A DNA stretch of 64,000 nucleotides from Antedon mediterranea (taxonomy: Eukaryota > Animalia > Echinodermata), in contig NC_092673.1 in the NCBI RefSeq assembly GCF_964355755.1, forward strand, positions 16,526,948 to 16,590,947, written 5' to 3'. This document shows positions 14,082 through 27,912 of the stretch, in pieces. The notes under the pieces are model-generated. The model was not told where the DNA came from, ran no database searches, and saw only the letters and a program-made list of their open reading frames with translations. The number at the start of each line of letters is the position of its first letter. Position 1 is the stretch's first letter. The translations under genes were made by a program, and so were the position numbers.

Positions 14082-14127
14082 TCGAAAGCAAAAGAAACGT
14101 AGCAAATGTGGTTGCAAGTTGTTATAA
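14082..14127 (+). CDS. Putative terminal coding exon ...RKQKKRSKCGCKLL* (polybasic + CaaX)
   Basis: TTCTAG acceptor; in phase 2 after the microexon it reads SRKQKKRSKCGCKLL-TAA; donor AAG/GTATAG at 14129. Confidence 0.55.
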
Positions 14128-14378
14128 GGTATAGTATTTAACTTGTGTATATAACAGTTTAAAAAATTGAATTTGTTTCTAAAGTCATGCACTGTCTTTA
14201 TATTAAAAGACTTCTGTAGATTCAAAATGTAAGAAATCCTTTGTTTTCCTATAAAATGCTTTTTTTTGTAGATTAAATTATGTAAATTACAGAAATTTAA
14301 TAAAAAAAAATATAGAAAGCTCTCAAGAATATTTCTAAAAAGATGAGGATTTATGAAACATTTTCATTTTGATTACAG

Positions 14379-14608
14379 CTCACTGGTGGATAGTTACTGT
14401 AATTTGGTTTATTCTATTCGCGACCTTTGTCATCTTAATTATTATATATGACGGCTTAGCAGCAAGAATTGGCAATGGTATTGGATTGTTGGTAACTGTT
14501 GGTGGCTGTATCTGGTATGTGCATAAGAAATTCACCAAGTCTCGTACTTGGTCAACATACACAACAAAAGAGGGAAAGAATGTACGCTATCAAGTAGTTT
14601 CCCTTTGA
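14379..14608 (+). CDS. Putative last exon encoding two hydrophobic (TM) segments and a basic tail
   Basis: TTTTGATTACAG acceptor, phase 1; WWIVTVIWFILFATFVILIIIY...IGNGIGLLVTVGGCIWYV. Confidence 0.55.
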
Positions 14609-14741
14609 GAACAATTAATGATCACAAGGAAGATACTGTTAACAGCCCGTATGTAGAATATGAAAGATAGATGTGAAATGAAAAATATGTGAAAATATAA
14701 TGGGAGTTTTGCCACAATGTAATGAATGACTAAAGGGAGTT

Positions 14742-15433
14742 AACTAGAAAGATACTCCGAGAGTGCATACCTCCGCCTACTGTGAAATTCTCCTACATAA
14801 GATTTCTCCGGTAAAAAAGAAATATATATATATATTTGTGTGTGTCTTAATGCTGTTTGTGATTTAGGCTAATTTCACTACAAGCATGTGTATGCGAGTT
14901 TGGTGTAATGGTTATGCAACAAGCCTTTCAATTAACAATAGCTTCAGTTGACTAACAATAGAACAGCCTCACGAAAATCAAACGAGTGAATTTGAAAAGA
15001 AATAGGTTTTTTAAACTACTCGCATTAAAAAACGTGCACATTAAATCGAATTATGTTTTAAATTTACAAATCACAAGTTATAACTCTTGCCTCTTGTACA
15101 AAAATGAAGTTTTTTGGAAAAGTAGTTCTCGAGAAAATGCAATTTTAGTTTATTTGTTACTTTAAGACTGCTCGCCGGCTTTTGGAAAATTCTGTCCTAT
15201 CTTTTAACACTAGCAGGTCTGAATAGTATACTAAAAAAGTGGTCCAGAATTGGGACCATGGTCCCAAATGGTCCCAAAATTTAATGGAATGGTCCTTGAC
15301 CACATATCTATCCGTATATTCATTTTGGTAAAGATCTTGTAATTAATTTTTGAGTAATCCTGCTAACAAACAAACAAAAAACAAACAGACAGACAGACAG
15401 ATTGATTACATATACCTCCTTGGCGGAGGTAAA
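14742..15433. mobile_element. Short non-autonomous element (HINE/Helentron-like architecture)
   Basis: Starts AACTAG with subterminal ACCTCCGCC, has an ACAA/ACAG microsatellite, ends in palindrome TACCTCCTTGGCGGAGGTA. Confidence 0.5.
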
Positions 15434-16044
15434 TTAAATATTGCCATCAAAATGTCAAAACTTTATAAGTTATTAAAGGATCAAATAAAAAGAAATCATT
15501 AAATGAAATTAAGTGAGTAATGCAAGGCCAGAATTATGTATGTAAATATTATCTCTTGTTTAATATTTAGATTTATTAAGCTTGACATGTCGTAGTGGTT
15601 ATATTGAAAACCAATTCTCTTATTACATTACATTACCTACATCAGTTACATAATTAACATACACATTCTGATTGGTAGGATATGGGAAAAACTTTTTTTT
15701 TTTATAATATTGATAAGTAGTTAGATGGTCAATTAGAGATGTCCTTACAGTCTTATTGTTTTTTCAAAGTGCATATTGTAGCTATAAACATGTTAAAGTA
15801 AAATAATAATTCGATAAATAAAGAAAATTCAAATTAATAAGGGGACAGGGTATGAGGGCAGCAAATATGTGTTTGATGGTGATATAATGATACTGATGAT
15901 AATAATGTTGTTATTTGTTTGTATTAATAACTACAGTAGTTATGATTAATGATGCTAAATTGTATTTTAAATCAAGAAATCATGTAATAATTAGACTCAT
16001 GACAATCTAAATGTTTTGTAACCAAGACAATAATATTTTCCACC

Positions 16045-18625
16045 CAACAACACAATTTGTTGGGGATAAATCTAAAAGCTGTAGGAATCAATCCCTGTAT
16101 TTATAGTACAGGGATTTTAACAACACAATTTGTTGTGAATAATATCCAAAAGCTGTAGGAATCACTGTATTTATAGTACAGGGATTTTAACAACACAATT
16201 TGTTGTGAATAATATCCAAAAGCTGTAGGAATCACTGTATTTATAGTACAGGGGATTTTAACAACACAATTTGTTGTGAATAATATCTAAAAGCTGTAGG
16301 AATCACTGTATTTATAGTACAGGGATTTTAACAACACAATTTGTTGTGGATAAATCTAAAAGCTGTAGGAATCACTGTGTTTATAGTAATTAGTACAGGG
16401 ATTTTAACAACACAATTTGTTGTGGATAAATCTAAAAGCTGTAGGAATCACTGTATTTATAGTACAGGGATTTTAACAACACAATTTGTTGTGAATAAAT
16501 CTAAAAGCTGTAGGAATCCCTGTATTTATAGTACAGAGATTTTAACAACACAATTTGTTGTGGATAAATCCAAAAGCTGTAGGAATCCCTGTATTTATAG
16601 TACAGGGATTTTAACAACACAATTTGTTGTGGATAAATCCAAAAGCTGTAGGAATCCCTGTATTTATAGTACAGGGATTTTAACAACACAATTTGTTGTG
16701 GATAAATCTAAAAGCTGTAGGAATCACTGTGTTTATAGTACAGGGATTTTAACAACACAATTTGTTGTGGATAAATCTAAAAGCTGTAGGAATCCCTGTA
16801 TTTATAGTACAGGGATTTTAACAACGCAATTTGTTGTGGATAAATAAAAAAGCTGTAGGAATCCCTGTATTTATAGTACAGGGATTTTAACCACACAATT
16901 TGTTGTGGATAAATCTAAAAGCTGTAGGAATCACTGTATTTATAGTACAGGGATTTTAACAACACAATTTGTTGTGGATAAATCTAAAAGCTGTAGGAAT
17001 CACTGTATTTATAGTACAGGGATTTTCACAACACAATTTGTTGTGAATAAATCTAAAAGCTGTAGGAATCCCTGTATTTATAATACAGGGATTTTCACAA
17101 CACAATTTGTTGTGGATAAATCCAAAAGCTGTAGGAATCACTGTATTTATAGTACAGGGATTTTCACAACACAATTTGTTGTGAATAAATCTAAAAGCTG
17201 TAGGAATCCCTGTATTTATAGTACAGGGATTTTAACAACACAATTTGTTGTGGATAAATCCAAAAGCTGTAGGAATCACTGTATTTATAGTACAGGGATT
17301 TTAACAACACAATTTGTTGTGGATAAATCTAAAAGCTGTAGGAATCCCTGTATTTATAGTAAAGGGATTTTAACAACACAATTTGTTGTGGATAAATCTA
17401 AAAGCTGTAGGAATCCCTGTATTTATAGTACAGGGATTTTAACAACACAATTTGTTGTGGATAAATCTAAAAGCTGTAGGAATCACTGTATTTATAGTAC
17501 AGGGATTTTAACAACACAATTTGTTGTGGATAAATCCAAAAGCTGTAGAAATCCCTGTATTTATAGTACAGGGATTTTAACAACACAATTTGTTGTGGAT
17601 AAATCTAAAAGCTGTAGGAATCCCTGTATTTATAGTACAGGGATTTTAACAACACAATTTGTTGTGGATAAATCCAAAAGCTGTAGGAATCACTGTATTT
17701 ATAGTACAGGGATTTTAACAACACAATTTGTTGTGGATAAATCCAAAAGCTGTAAGAATCCCTGTATTTATAGTACAGGGATTTTAACAACACAATTTGT
17801 TGTGGATAAATCCAAAAGCTGTAGGAATCCCTGTATTTATTATAGTACAGGGATTTTAACAACACAATTTGTTGTGGATAAATCTAAAAGCTGTTGGAAT
17901 CCCTGTATTTTTAATACAGGGATTTTAACAACACAATTTTTTGTGGATAAATCCAAAAGCTGTAGGAATCCCTGTATTTATAGTACAGGGATTTTAACAA
18001 CACAATTTGTTGTGGATAAATCTAAAAGCTGTAGGAATCACTGTGTTTATAGTACAGGGATTTTAACAACACAATTTGTTGTGGATAAATCTAAAAGCTG
18101 TAGGAATCCCTGTATTTATTGTACAGGGATTTTAACAACACAATTTGTTGTGGATAAATCCAAAAGCTGTAGGAATCCCTGTATTTATAGTACAGGGATT
18201 TTAACCACACAATTGGTTGTGGATAAATCTAAAAGCTGTAGGAATCACTGTATTTATAGTACAGGGATTTTAACAACACAATTTGTTGTGGATAAATCCA
18301 AAAGCTGTAGGAATCCCTGTATTTATAGTACAGGGATTTTAACAACACAATTTGTTGTGGATAAATCCAAAAGCTGTAGAAATCCCTGTATTTATAGTAC
18401 AGTGATTTTAACAACACAATTTGTGGTGGATAAATCTAAAAGCTGTTGGAATCCCTGTATTTTTAATACAGGGATTTTAACAACACAATTTGTTGTGGAT
18501 AAATCCAAAAGCTGTAGGAATCCCTGTATTTATAGTAGTTAGTACAGGGATTTTAACAACACAATTTGTTGTGGATAAATCCAAAAGTTGTAGGAATCAC
18601 TGTATTTATAGTACAGGGATTTTCA
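16045..18625. repeat. 69-bp satellite, about 37 copies
   Basis: Unit caacacaatttgttgtggataaatc(c/t)aaaagctgtaggaatc(c/a)ctgtatttatagtacagggattttaa. Confidence 0.95.
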
Positions 18626-19708
18626 AAAAATGACCAAATTGATAATTATATTAATGATGTGCAATTAGTCAGTCTGTGAATTAACTGTCACCCTTTTTAA
18701 TTCATATTTTGCGATATCAATGTTGTCATCCTTCATACTGAATTTTGGTTAAAGTGTGGCCTACTGTACTTAATAGGCCTATAATAAATATAATAAGTCA
18801 ATTCACATTAAAATTTTGTTCTTTCTTTTCTAAGTTGGCAAAATTACAAAACAAAACATGACAAACACATATGTGTGTTTTTCTGTTTTGTTTTTGTAAT
18901 TTTGAACATATTTACATTAATTATAAATAACTAACATGTGCATATTATGCAAATTAGACCGGAGGTAAACGGAAGTACAGAACGATGTTTAAATATGATT
19001 TGAATAAATAAATGTTTTTGTACAGAACTGAATTATATCTTTTATATGAATGAATTTTCTAATATCTATTTGTTAAAAATGAAATGTTTTATATTTTGAT
19101 ATTTTTCACTTTTAATTCAATTTTGTAAATTAAAACTCAATTAAGTATTTATGCTGCTGTGTTTTAATGTTTATATTCATATATTTTTAAATAAATACTA
19201 ATGAATGAAAAGCTTTTTTTTTGTTTGTAAGGATTGTGTGGTTGTTTGGAAGGGGGAGATTTTAACATCGAGGATATCATTATACTGTATCAAAATGTAC
19301 GTGGTTTGCTATTCATTGTATATTATACAAAATATCCATTCCACCAATCCAGAGAGTAATAAAATTCTTCGATATTATACATTACACAGCGATGTTAAGT
19401 CGTAGACAAAAATGGTGATTGCGCCCTCTATAAAATATAAAAGTTTATTCACCCAACAAACCACTCAACAACATGCATGGGATGCCGAAGAATGTCAAAC
19501 ACAAGAAGTAAGTTTTTGTTTCATTATCATTACTGTATCCTAGGTCTACAAACTTAGTACTATATTATATCGGCCTAGATAGGCCTAGCTAGGCTAGTTC
19601 TAACTAGCTAGGGCAGGCCCTACCTCTAGCTATCAAAGGCTTTTACTAATTTAGCCCTTATAGCTAGGCCTATTCTATATACTATATTATAGTGGGCCTA
19701 AAATAGGC

Positions 19709-21935
19709 GGAGTATGGTCGAAGCGGCCGCCAACCAAAGCGGCCGCCAGTTTAATATCGTCATTTGTATGGAACGCCATGTGCGCTTTAATCTTTGATTG
19801 TCGTTGTCAACGCCATGGCCTATGGCGAGTTGAGTTACAGCTAAATAAATATAAGCCAACTCATGTACTATCAAATCTTTATATTTCTATAAAAATTAAG
19901 TTTGCCTGCCGATAAATCAATGTATATTTTATTTGTATTACTATTAAACTAATACATATATCGAAATATATTTTGCCGAACCTTTATATCTCGTTTACAT
20001 ACTATTGAATCCTTATACAGTATTGCAATAATAATTTACGTATACGGTATTGCCGAATCTTTATATCTCATTTACATACTATCAAATTTTATACACAGTA
20101 TTGCAATAATAATTTACGTACGGTATTGCCGAATATTTATATCTCATTTACATTTAACTATCGAATTTTATACAGTATTGCAATAATTTACGTACGGTAT
20201 TGCCGAATATTTATATCTCATTTACATTTAACTATCAAATTTTATACAGTATTGCAATAATAATTTACGTACGGTATTGCCGAATATTTATATCTCATTT
20301 ACATACTATCGAATTTTATACAGTATTGCATTAATAATTTACGTACGGTATTGCCGAATCTTTATATCTCGTTTACATACTATCAAATCTTTATACAGTA
20401 TTGCATTAATAATTTACGTACGGTATTGCCGAATATTTATATCTTGTTTACATACTATCGAATCTTTATACATTATTGCAATAATAATTTACGTACGGTA
20501 TTGCCAAATATTTATATCTCGTTTATACACTATCGAATCTTTATACAGTATTGCATTAATAATTTACGTATACGGTATTGCCAAATCTTTATATCTCGTT
20601 TACATACTATCAAATCTTTATACAGTATTGCATTAATAATTTACGTACGGTATTGCCGAATATTTATATCTTGTTTACATACTATCGAATCTTTATACAG
20701 TATTGCAATAATAATTTACGTACGGTATTGCCGAATCCTTATATCTCATTTTTACATACTATCGAATCTTTATACAGTATTGCATTAATAATTTACGTAC
20801 GGTATTGCCGAATCTTGATATCTCATTTGACATATGTACTATTGAATCTTTATACAGTATTGCATTAATAATTTACGTACGGTATTGCCGAATCTTGATA
20901 TCTCATTTGACATACTATCGAATCTTTATACAGTATTGCATTAATAATTTACGTACGGTATTGCCGAATCTTTATATCTCGTTTACATACTATTGAATCT
21001 TTATACAGTATTGCATAATAATTTACGTATGGTATTGCCGAATATTTATATCTTGTTTACATACTATCGAATCTTTATACATTATTGCAATAATAATTTA
21101 CGTACGGTATTGCCGAATATTTATATCTCATTTACATACTGTACTATCGAATCTTGGTTTTTATTATTAGTATTAGGGTGTGTTATACATTTAAGTGTTA
21201 TTCCATTGTAATACATTGTTTGTGTTTTCAATAAAGCAACATGGGACGCGCACCTAATGTGCAGCAGCACTATTGCTGGCCGTCAGTCGAGTTATTAGCA
21301 GAAATTCGCGTAATTAATTACCGTATCAAACAGACACTTTCATCTTATTTTAGTATTTAAAACTCATTTTCAATTGATCAATATTTAAATATCTGAAGTA
21401 ATAAAATAGTGTAGGGATATTAAATAAATTGCTGTCATCATGTTATTGTAATTAAATTATGATTGCGAACACTACTAGTTACTTTATTAATTAATTAATA
21501 TACAATAACAAATATTTTTAAATTAATTATTAATATATTTATATATTTTGATTTACTTTATTGATTGGTTTATTTATATATAATTCTTAATAATTGGCTT
21601 ATTATTATATTATATTAATATACAATATAAACACCACAATGTATTTTATAGACTTTATTAAACATATATCATTTAGAACAGTTAAAATAAGTAATCATCG
21701 ACTCGCCATTTCGTTTAAAAGAAGGTACGCGTATCACATTCAATCTGTAAAAAAAGAGAATAAATTACATAATAATGTAGATTGTTATTTACGTCCGAGG
21801 TAAAGAAAACCTGTCGAAACAATGACAATCAAAGATTACAAAACAACGACAATCAAAGCGCACACGGCGTTCCATACAGATTACCGTTATTGAACTAGCG
21901 GCCGCTTTAGTTGGCGGCCGCTTCGACCGTAATCC
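19709..21935. mobile_element. Non-autonomous DNA transposon (GG termini, 8-bp TSD; Merlin-like) carrying an internal tandem array
   Basis: TIR GGAGTATGGTCGAAGCGGCCGCCAAC / GTTGGCGGCCGCTTCGACCGTAATCC, about 85 bp; perfect TSD aaataggc. Confidence 0.8.
19975..21150. repeat. ~75-bp tandem repeat, about 15 copies
   Basis: tacgtacggtattgccgaat...catactatcgaatctttatacagtattgcattaataatt recurs. Confidence 0.9.
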
Positions 21936-22114
21936 AAATAGGCTAGGCCCCTAGTAGAATAAAGACAGGCCTGCTGAGGGAGTCTCCACAACTTGTCGTT
22001 AGAGAACAGACATCAACTGCATTGTGATTGGTCCTAAGACGAACATAAACACATGGATGGATGAGGATGTAGAGGGATTCTGGGTTTATAATTGTTTTTA
22101 AATATCGTTTTTTA

Positions 22115-22713
22115 GGCGCTAGTTCCGTTTTGCACCTGTCGTTTATTTCTACTCAAAATTGGTTAAGTAACTTTATCGTGAGTTCCACACCTTAGAATTA
22201 GGCCTCAAAAATACTTTTACGAAGGAGATCACACAAAAAGTAAAAAATAAATCCTTTAAATTGATGAATTTACAGACATGTTTCTCGCACATCGGTTTGT
22301 GAATTTCGCATACTCCATGTTGCTATTTGAAAACAGCAAATTATTAGCAGTAAAATGTTACAGCATTTTTATTGACAAAATATATTAAAATTAAACGTGT
22401 ATTTCAATAATAAATGCATTAAAAAAAGACGCATTCCACTGAGTTTTTAACCATCTATTGTTGTTGCTCTTTTGGCGCTCCATAGAAACGAAAATATTGA
22501 ACTTCGAGTATGCTAAATTCGCGAACGGTATGCGAGAATCATGTCTGTAAAATCATCAATTGAAGGATTTATTTGTTACTTTTTATGTGATTCTTCTTCA
22601 TTAAAGTACTTATGAGGCCCAATTTTAAGGTGTGGTATTCACAATAAGTTGCTTAACAATTTCGAGTCAAAAGGAAGTCGAAATAAAAACAGGTGCGAAA
22701 CGGAACTAGCGCC
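22115..22713. mobile_element. MITE with long TIRs and 8-bp TSD
   Basis: GGCGCTAGTTCCGTTTTGCACCTG / CAGGTGCGAAACGGAACTAGCGCC; TSD gtttttta on both sides. Confidence 0.8.
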
Positions 22714-22865
22714 GTTTTTTATTAAATAAAAAATATTATAACTAGGCTAAGCCTATATAGACATGTCAGAATGAAGAAGTAATATTAATAACGAGAAATT
22801 TAAACAATTAAATTTCATATACATTTTAGGGTAAATTCATGGAGAGTCTGTTTTTCAGCAGCTTA

Positions 22866-24414
22866 AGCCTGGTTTCCAGTCAACGTAAGATTTGTTTCTG
22901 CTTACGATTGCGTCGTTTTCTTACGATTACGCTTGCGTTCCGATCAGTTGACCAAAAACTAACGTCGACACAAAATTGTCATAATCACGTTGGACCGCAA
23001 AAATTTAATGTGCTGATTCCGTCGTTACGAAAGTTGAATTTATCGCAAAGTCTGTCCTTCTTGCCCTTACGTCGAGTTGAAATTTTTCCTTGCGATTACA
23101 ACACATGACGTGATAACAAGAAATGATTTCTGATTGGCTCATAAATTCCGCGCGAAAAGAGGAGGCCATTTTCCAAAACATAAACAGTGCAGTGAGGCTA
23201 TGACATATTTTTTACATAATCTTAATTTTTATTAATTAAAATGTTTTATCAGTTCTTCTTTTGATAGTCGCCGACAAATTTAGTCTTTTTATTCTGAGAA
23301 TTATTTTATGAGCGGCTTAAACAATCCCATGATTTTACCCACCCGAGAGAGCTTGTTTATCGGAGTTTTAATTTTGTGTCTGCCGCCTTTTGTTTTGATT
23401 TTCTTTGTACCACCCTGCATGGCTTAATTATTGTTTATGATTAGACTGTTGTTATAACGTTGAATATCATGACTTGCCTACGATGTTATTTACATAAATA
23501 CATTTTATCTATTGGTTTTTTTTACCCGGTTTTCATTTTTTTATAAATAGATAATTCAAATGATGTAGGCTAATAATTATTTATTTTCATCATCAAATTA
23601 TCATAGGCCTATAAATTTCAAACACTACGGTGAATTTAATAAATATATATTATTAATTTATTACCTAACCTACCTTCATCCTACAATTAAAACAAAATCA
23701 TTACGTAATTTTTCCCCACCTGCTTTTTAATGCAAACTATATGCCAGGTGAACGTACAGTATTGTTCCTGATGATCCTGATGATGACACTGTTCTCTAAC
23801 ATTTTATGACATTTTATTGCCATATAGTTTTTAATTTAGTCCGCCTATGTGTATTATTTTTACCCATTATATTGTATACTATGTTTATATAATTATATTT
23901 AAGTAACAAGCAAGACAATTTTGTATAGTTCTCACATCTATTTTGTATTTCATCCACCTAAATTATTACATTCTATTACGAATTGAACAACATCGTGGTT
24001 CAGGTTTATTTACGTATCATTTATTGTCAACAATATTCTTATATACATACGGTACTTTCTACTTTATTTCACCTTTCCAAGCTTTGACCTTCTTGACAAC
24101 GTCACATAATCCTCGTCACTGATTGGCTGGTTCTCAAGTCAACTTTCGTAAGCGTAAGCGGAAGGGTATAAAATCGCATCGTAAGGCATGTTCATCCAGA
24201 AATTCACCGGTTTCCTGTCGAACAGTCGAATATCGACGTAACAGACGGAAGCTTCAGTCACCGGTTTCCTGTCAAACACTTGTACTACGGCGATTTCTAC
24301 TTGCGTTACGTCGTTTTGACATTTAGCTTTTTTCAACCGGTTTCCTGTCGATTTTCAATTTCCAATGTAAAAACGACGCAATCGTAAGAAATTCTAATTT
24401 CTGGAAACCAGGCT
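22866..24414. mobile_element. Non-autonomous PIF/Harbinger-like element
   Basis: TIR AGCCTGGTTTCCAG / CTGGAAACCAGGCT with 3-bp TTA TSD. Confidence 0.75.
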
Positions 24415-27400
24415 TTAGGAAAGCTCATTAATATTCATGAGATAATTCACAAAATCACGTCATCAGTGGATTCCAAACTCGCGACGTCATGTACGTTGTG
24501 TTTGTCGACTAATTTACATCTTTCTCCCCTGTCAAACGACGACCACCCGATCATTGTGAAATACATTTTTTGTAGATTTTCTAAGCTAGAAGGCCTAAAG
24601 TGTAATAATAACAGTAGTAGCATATATTTATTTGACATTTAATGAATACAAAATTTAGTACAGATCATAGAGTCATAAATTGTACTATTTTTACACCTCT
24701 ATAGTACAGATTGTATTATCGGCTTCACGTACTAGGCCTAGCCTAAATCATTTTTTTTTATGGGTGAGAGCCATTCTGACTACCGTAGGGATTCCATGTC
24801 ATGATGGCTACGTTAAAACATTGGGGCCCGTGGGCCTAGCTAGCCTACTAGACGATTGGCCCATAAATAACAAAACTCAGTGGATTCCAAACCCATCCTA
24901 TCAACCAAACTCCTAAACAATTAAATCTAAACCTAAAACGTTCTACAAAATCGGCTGTATGTCAATATTGAGGCAAAACAAGGTCCGATCGCCGTCCGCA
25001 CGTTATGGTGTCCCGCGATCGTCTAAGTAGGCCTAAAATACTCTCCAAAAAAGCGGATACTGCATCAAGCAAGTTGACCTAGTAGTAGGAAGGAGACCTA
25101 GCCGATCCGGCCCAGTTAAAAATTGAGCTAGCTAGTGTAGTAGACCCTATGCGAATTGATACTACCAGGCCTTTATAGGCTACATTTGTTAAAATTAGCA
25201 ATACTATGTTCACCAATATTCCAACTCTCTCATTCGATCTCTATTATCTATAAGATACCACTCCGGTAGGTCGAGTCGACCTTCAATCAAATACTGTACA
25301 TCGTTCATGTAGTGATTATAGACGGGGTATACTCGACCCGACCAGTTTGGTATTTTATACTGTATCTGCTTATCATGTGACGATGTCAACCATGGGCAGA
25401 GAGCATGTGTATTGCTCCTCAGCAGCAGGAATGTACAGTATAAGTTACGCTTCATTGATTTTGAAGGCTTTTCCCTAAGTCAGTGCGAAAATCGGCAAAC
25501 GTAAACTGAGTCTCCAAATGATTTTACACAATTGTGATGAATTTTCATAGAAAATTGACTTTATAAATGGGAAGACCGACTAAAATTACATCAGATAAGT
25601 ATAATTTTACAAAAGTAATTGATATGGTTAATGATAACGAGTCGTCGGAAGATTGACCATTTCACGAATTTCCTATTCTGTAACCACAGTGTGATTTTGC
25701 CGTAGCTGCACTTGTAATCTGGCCTCATTTCACAGCCTTCGTTCTGCTTCACTGGGTGCTTATATAAATTGAAACTTTTACCGTTCAAGAGACAAACAAA
25801 TATATTTTTTACTATTAATTTTAAAAGTTCATGCTCGACTGATTATTGAGGAGATCGGGCCTCCAGCCCTTGTAACCAAACATTTTTAAAAACCTATAAA
25901 AAAGAATTGACAAGCAGAGAGTCGACCCCTGCAACCCTGCCTCTAGGCCTATACCCTCATCAATACACCACCGATCCATCCAGCTTGTTGATCGAATCAG
26001 GTTTTACTTTGTATAATATTAATAGAGAACAAATGTATTATATTTGTAAGCATTTTAACCAACCAATCAGAACTGAGTTGACGTTGTTTCTATACTGGTG
26101 TCACCACATAACAAACAGGCCTTCCATGGGGTTTCCCTGATCTCACAACATGCATTCAAACACACCGTTGTGGTCTTTCATTTTCAGAAAACACAGTGTG
26201 GTGGTCTTTTGTTTTCATGATGCATCAAACAACTACAATGCACTGCAAGTTTGATGTGATGCGTAAAAAAACTTTTTTATTTAAATGTAACGGTAGTCGT
26301 GTCGAGGGCCAAGACAATAACGATGGCACAAAATTATTCAATGTACAAAATATAATATTTATTCAATCAAAAGTAATATAATAAAACAATGTGAAAATGT
26401 AGTGATTCTGACTGATGTTATAGTCTCAAGAATCAATACGCAAACTAACTAACTTAACTACAAAACATATATTTATATTAAGGGGACAAAAGTATGACTA
26501 ATTAAATGGTACCACATCCTGATTGACTTTCCTTGGAATACCCTCCTCAGGAATGTAGTGTTCCAAGTTTAGTAGGCATCGGGGAGAGTAAGGGGTGAAT
26601 AGCCTGTGTGACTAATAGGGTTTGGTCCCACCATGTTACATTCCCCCGCTCGTCAATTCGAAGCCATGTCTTCGAAACCAACGAGTCACTGAGCCAAAAA
26701 TGTATTGACAAACAAACAAACTTAACTACGAACATCTTAAATCTAAACAAAAAGAAAAAGTAATGCAAATCGTCACAAATCAATAAATGGGCAAACGTGG
26801 CAAAATATACAAAATTAAAAGTAAAATTGTTCAAAGTTCCCAATTTAAAAGTCATAATAATAATATAAAGTGTTCAGCTCAGCAATGCTCGATTAAAATA
26901 AAAGTCAGTTGGTCATAAATTCAGTATTAACTCCCGAATGGATACATCAATCAGCAGTCTATCAGTCCGTTGCCTGGAAACAGTTTGTATTTTTGTAACA
27001 AAAAAAATCTGTAAACAACATAACTGCAGTTGACTGCTCATTATATCTTGAAGAAAATGTTTAAAAAATGTACATTTCTGGACTCAAGTTTATCATTAAA
27101 GTGAAACAGTTTATCAATAAGTAATTATCATGTAAGTGTTAAAAGTTTCTTGTGATCCATTGTAAACTTCATTCAGGGAACATAGTTGTGAAAAGCTTCT
27201 TATATCTAGTGGGCAGGAGGGGAGAACCAATAAAACACAATTCAACATACACATCATCATGAAAGTTGCAGTAAACTTAATACTACATTTAACTAAATCC
27301 AATTTGATAAGCAAATATTAGCGTATTATATTTAAGATTATACATTACAAACATGAAAGTGATTTTACAAAATTATTGAAAAAGGCACTCTTAACTACTG

Positions 27401-27912
27401 TACTGTACATAAGATAAAATACGTAGTGATCCATCAGGTTTGGGGACAGAAGCAATGGAGGCAGACCATGGGATTGTCAATGGTTCAATAATACCATTAT
27501 CATGCATGTGTTGTAGGCCTATTTGTAATTTGACTTTGTCTTCTAATGCATAAGGGATTCTATAGGCTTTTTGTCTTACTGGGGTATCTGTTGTTGTACA
27601 GTACGTACTTCATGTTTAACCATATCTGTTCTACCTGGGATATCTGTAAACATAAATCGTTTTGAGTCATGATATGGTGAAGGTCGCCTTTCTGGGAAGG
27701 AGTAAAGGTAGCCCGGGATTTCAATATCTTTATAGGATTGGGCTTCGGAAGTGGCGGGGCCTGGTGGCTCGGGAGGGAACCAGTCGTCTGGATCTGGGTC
27801 ACGTGCAGTGTACATACAATCATTGTTTCGTTTCTGTGGACGTTCGTTATATAACCGTAGTGAATTAATGTGGTATGTTTTGTGTTTGTTACCAACTAGT
27901 ATTTCATAATTA

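Noticed and set aside
16341-18542. 168-aa and 545-aa Cys-rich repeat ORFs
   Set aside because: Translation of a 69-bp satellite; no ATG start, splice context or unique sequence; array has frame-breaking indels
19411-19514. Possible first exon of another host gene (GTAAGT donor near 19508)
   Set aside because: No downstream coding exons could be linked
20277-21211. Overlapping repeat ORFs
   Set aside because: By-product of the ~75-bp tandem array
25210-25788. Two short minus-strand ORFs with protein-like composition
   Set aside because: No recognisable motif and no consistent frame or splice structure
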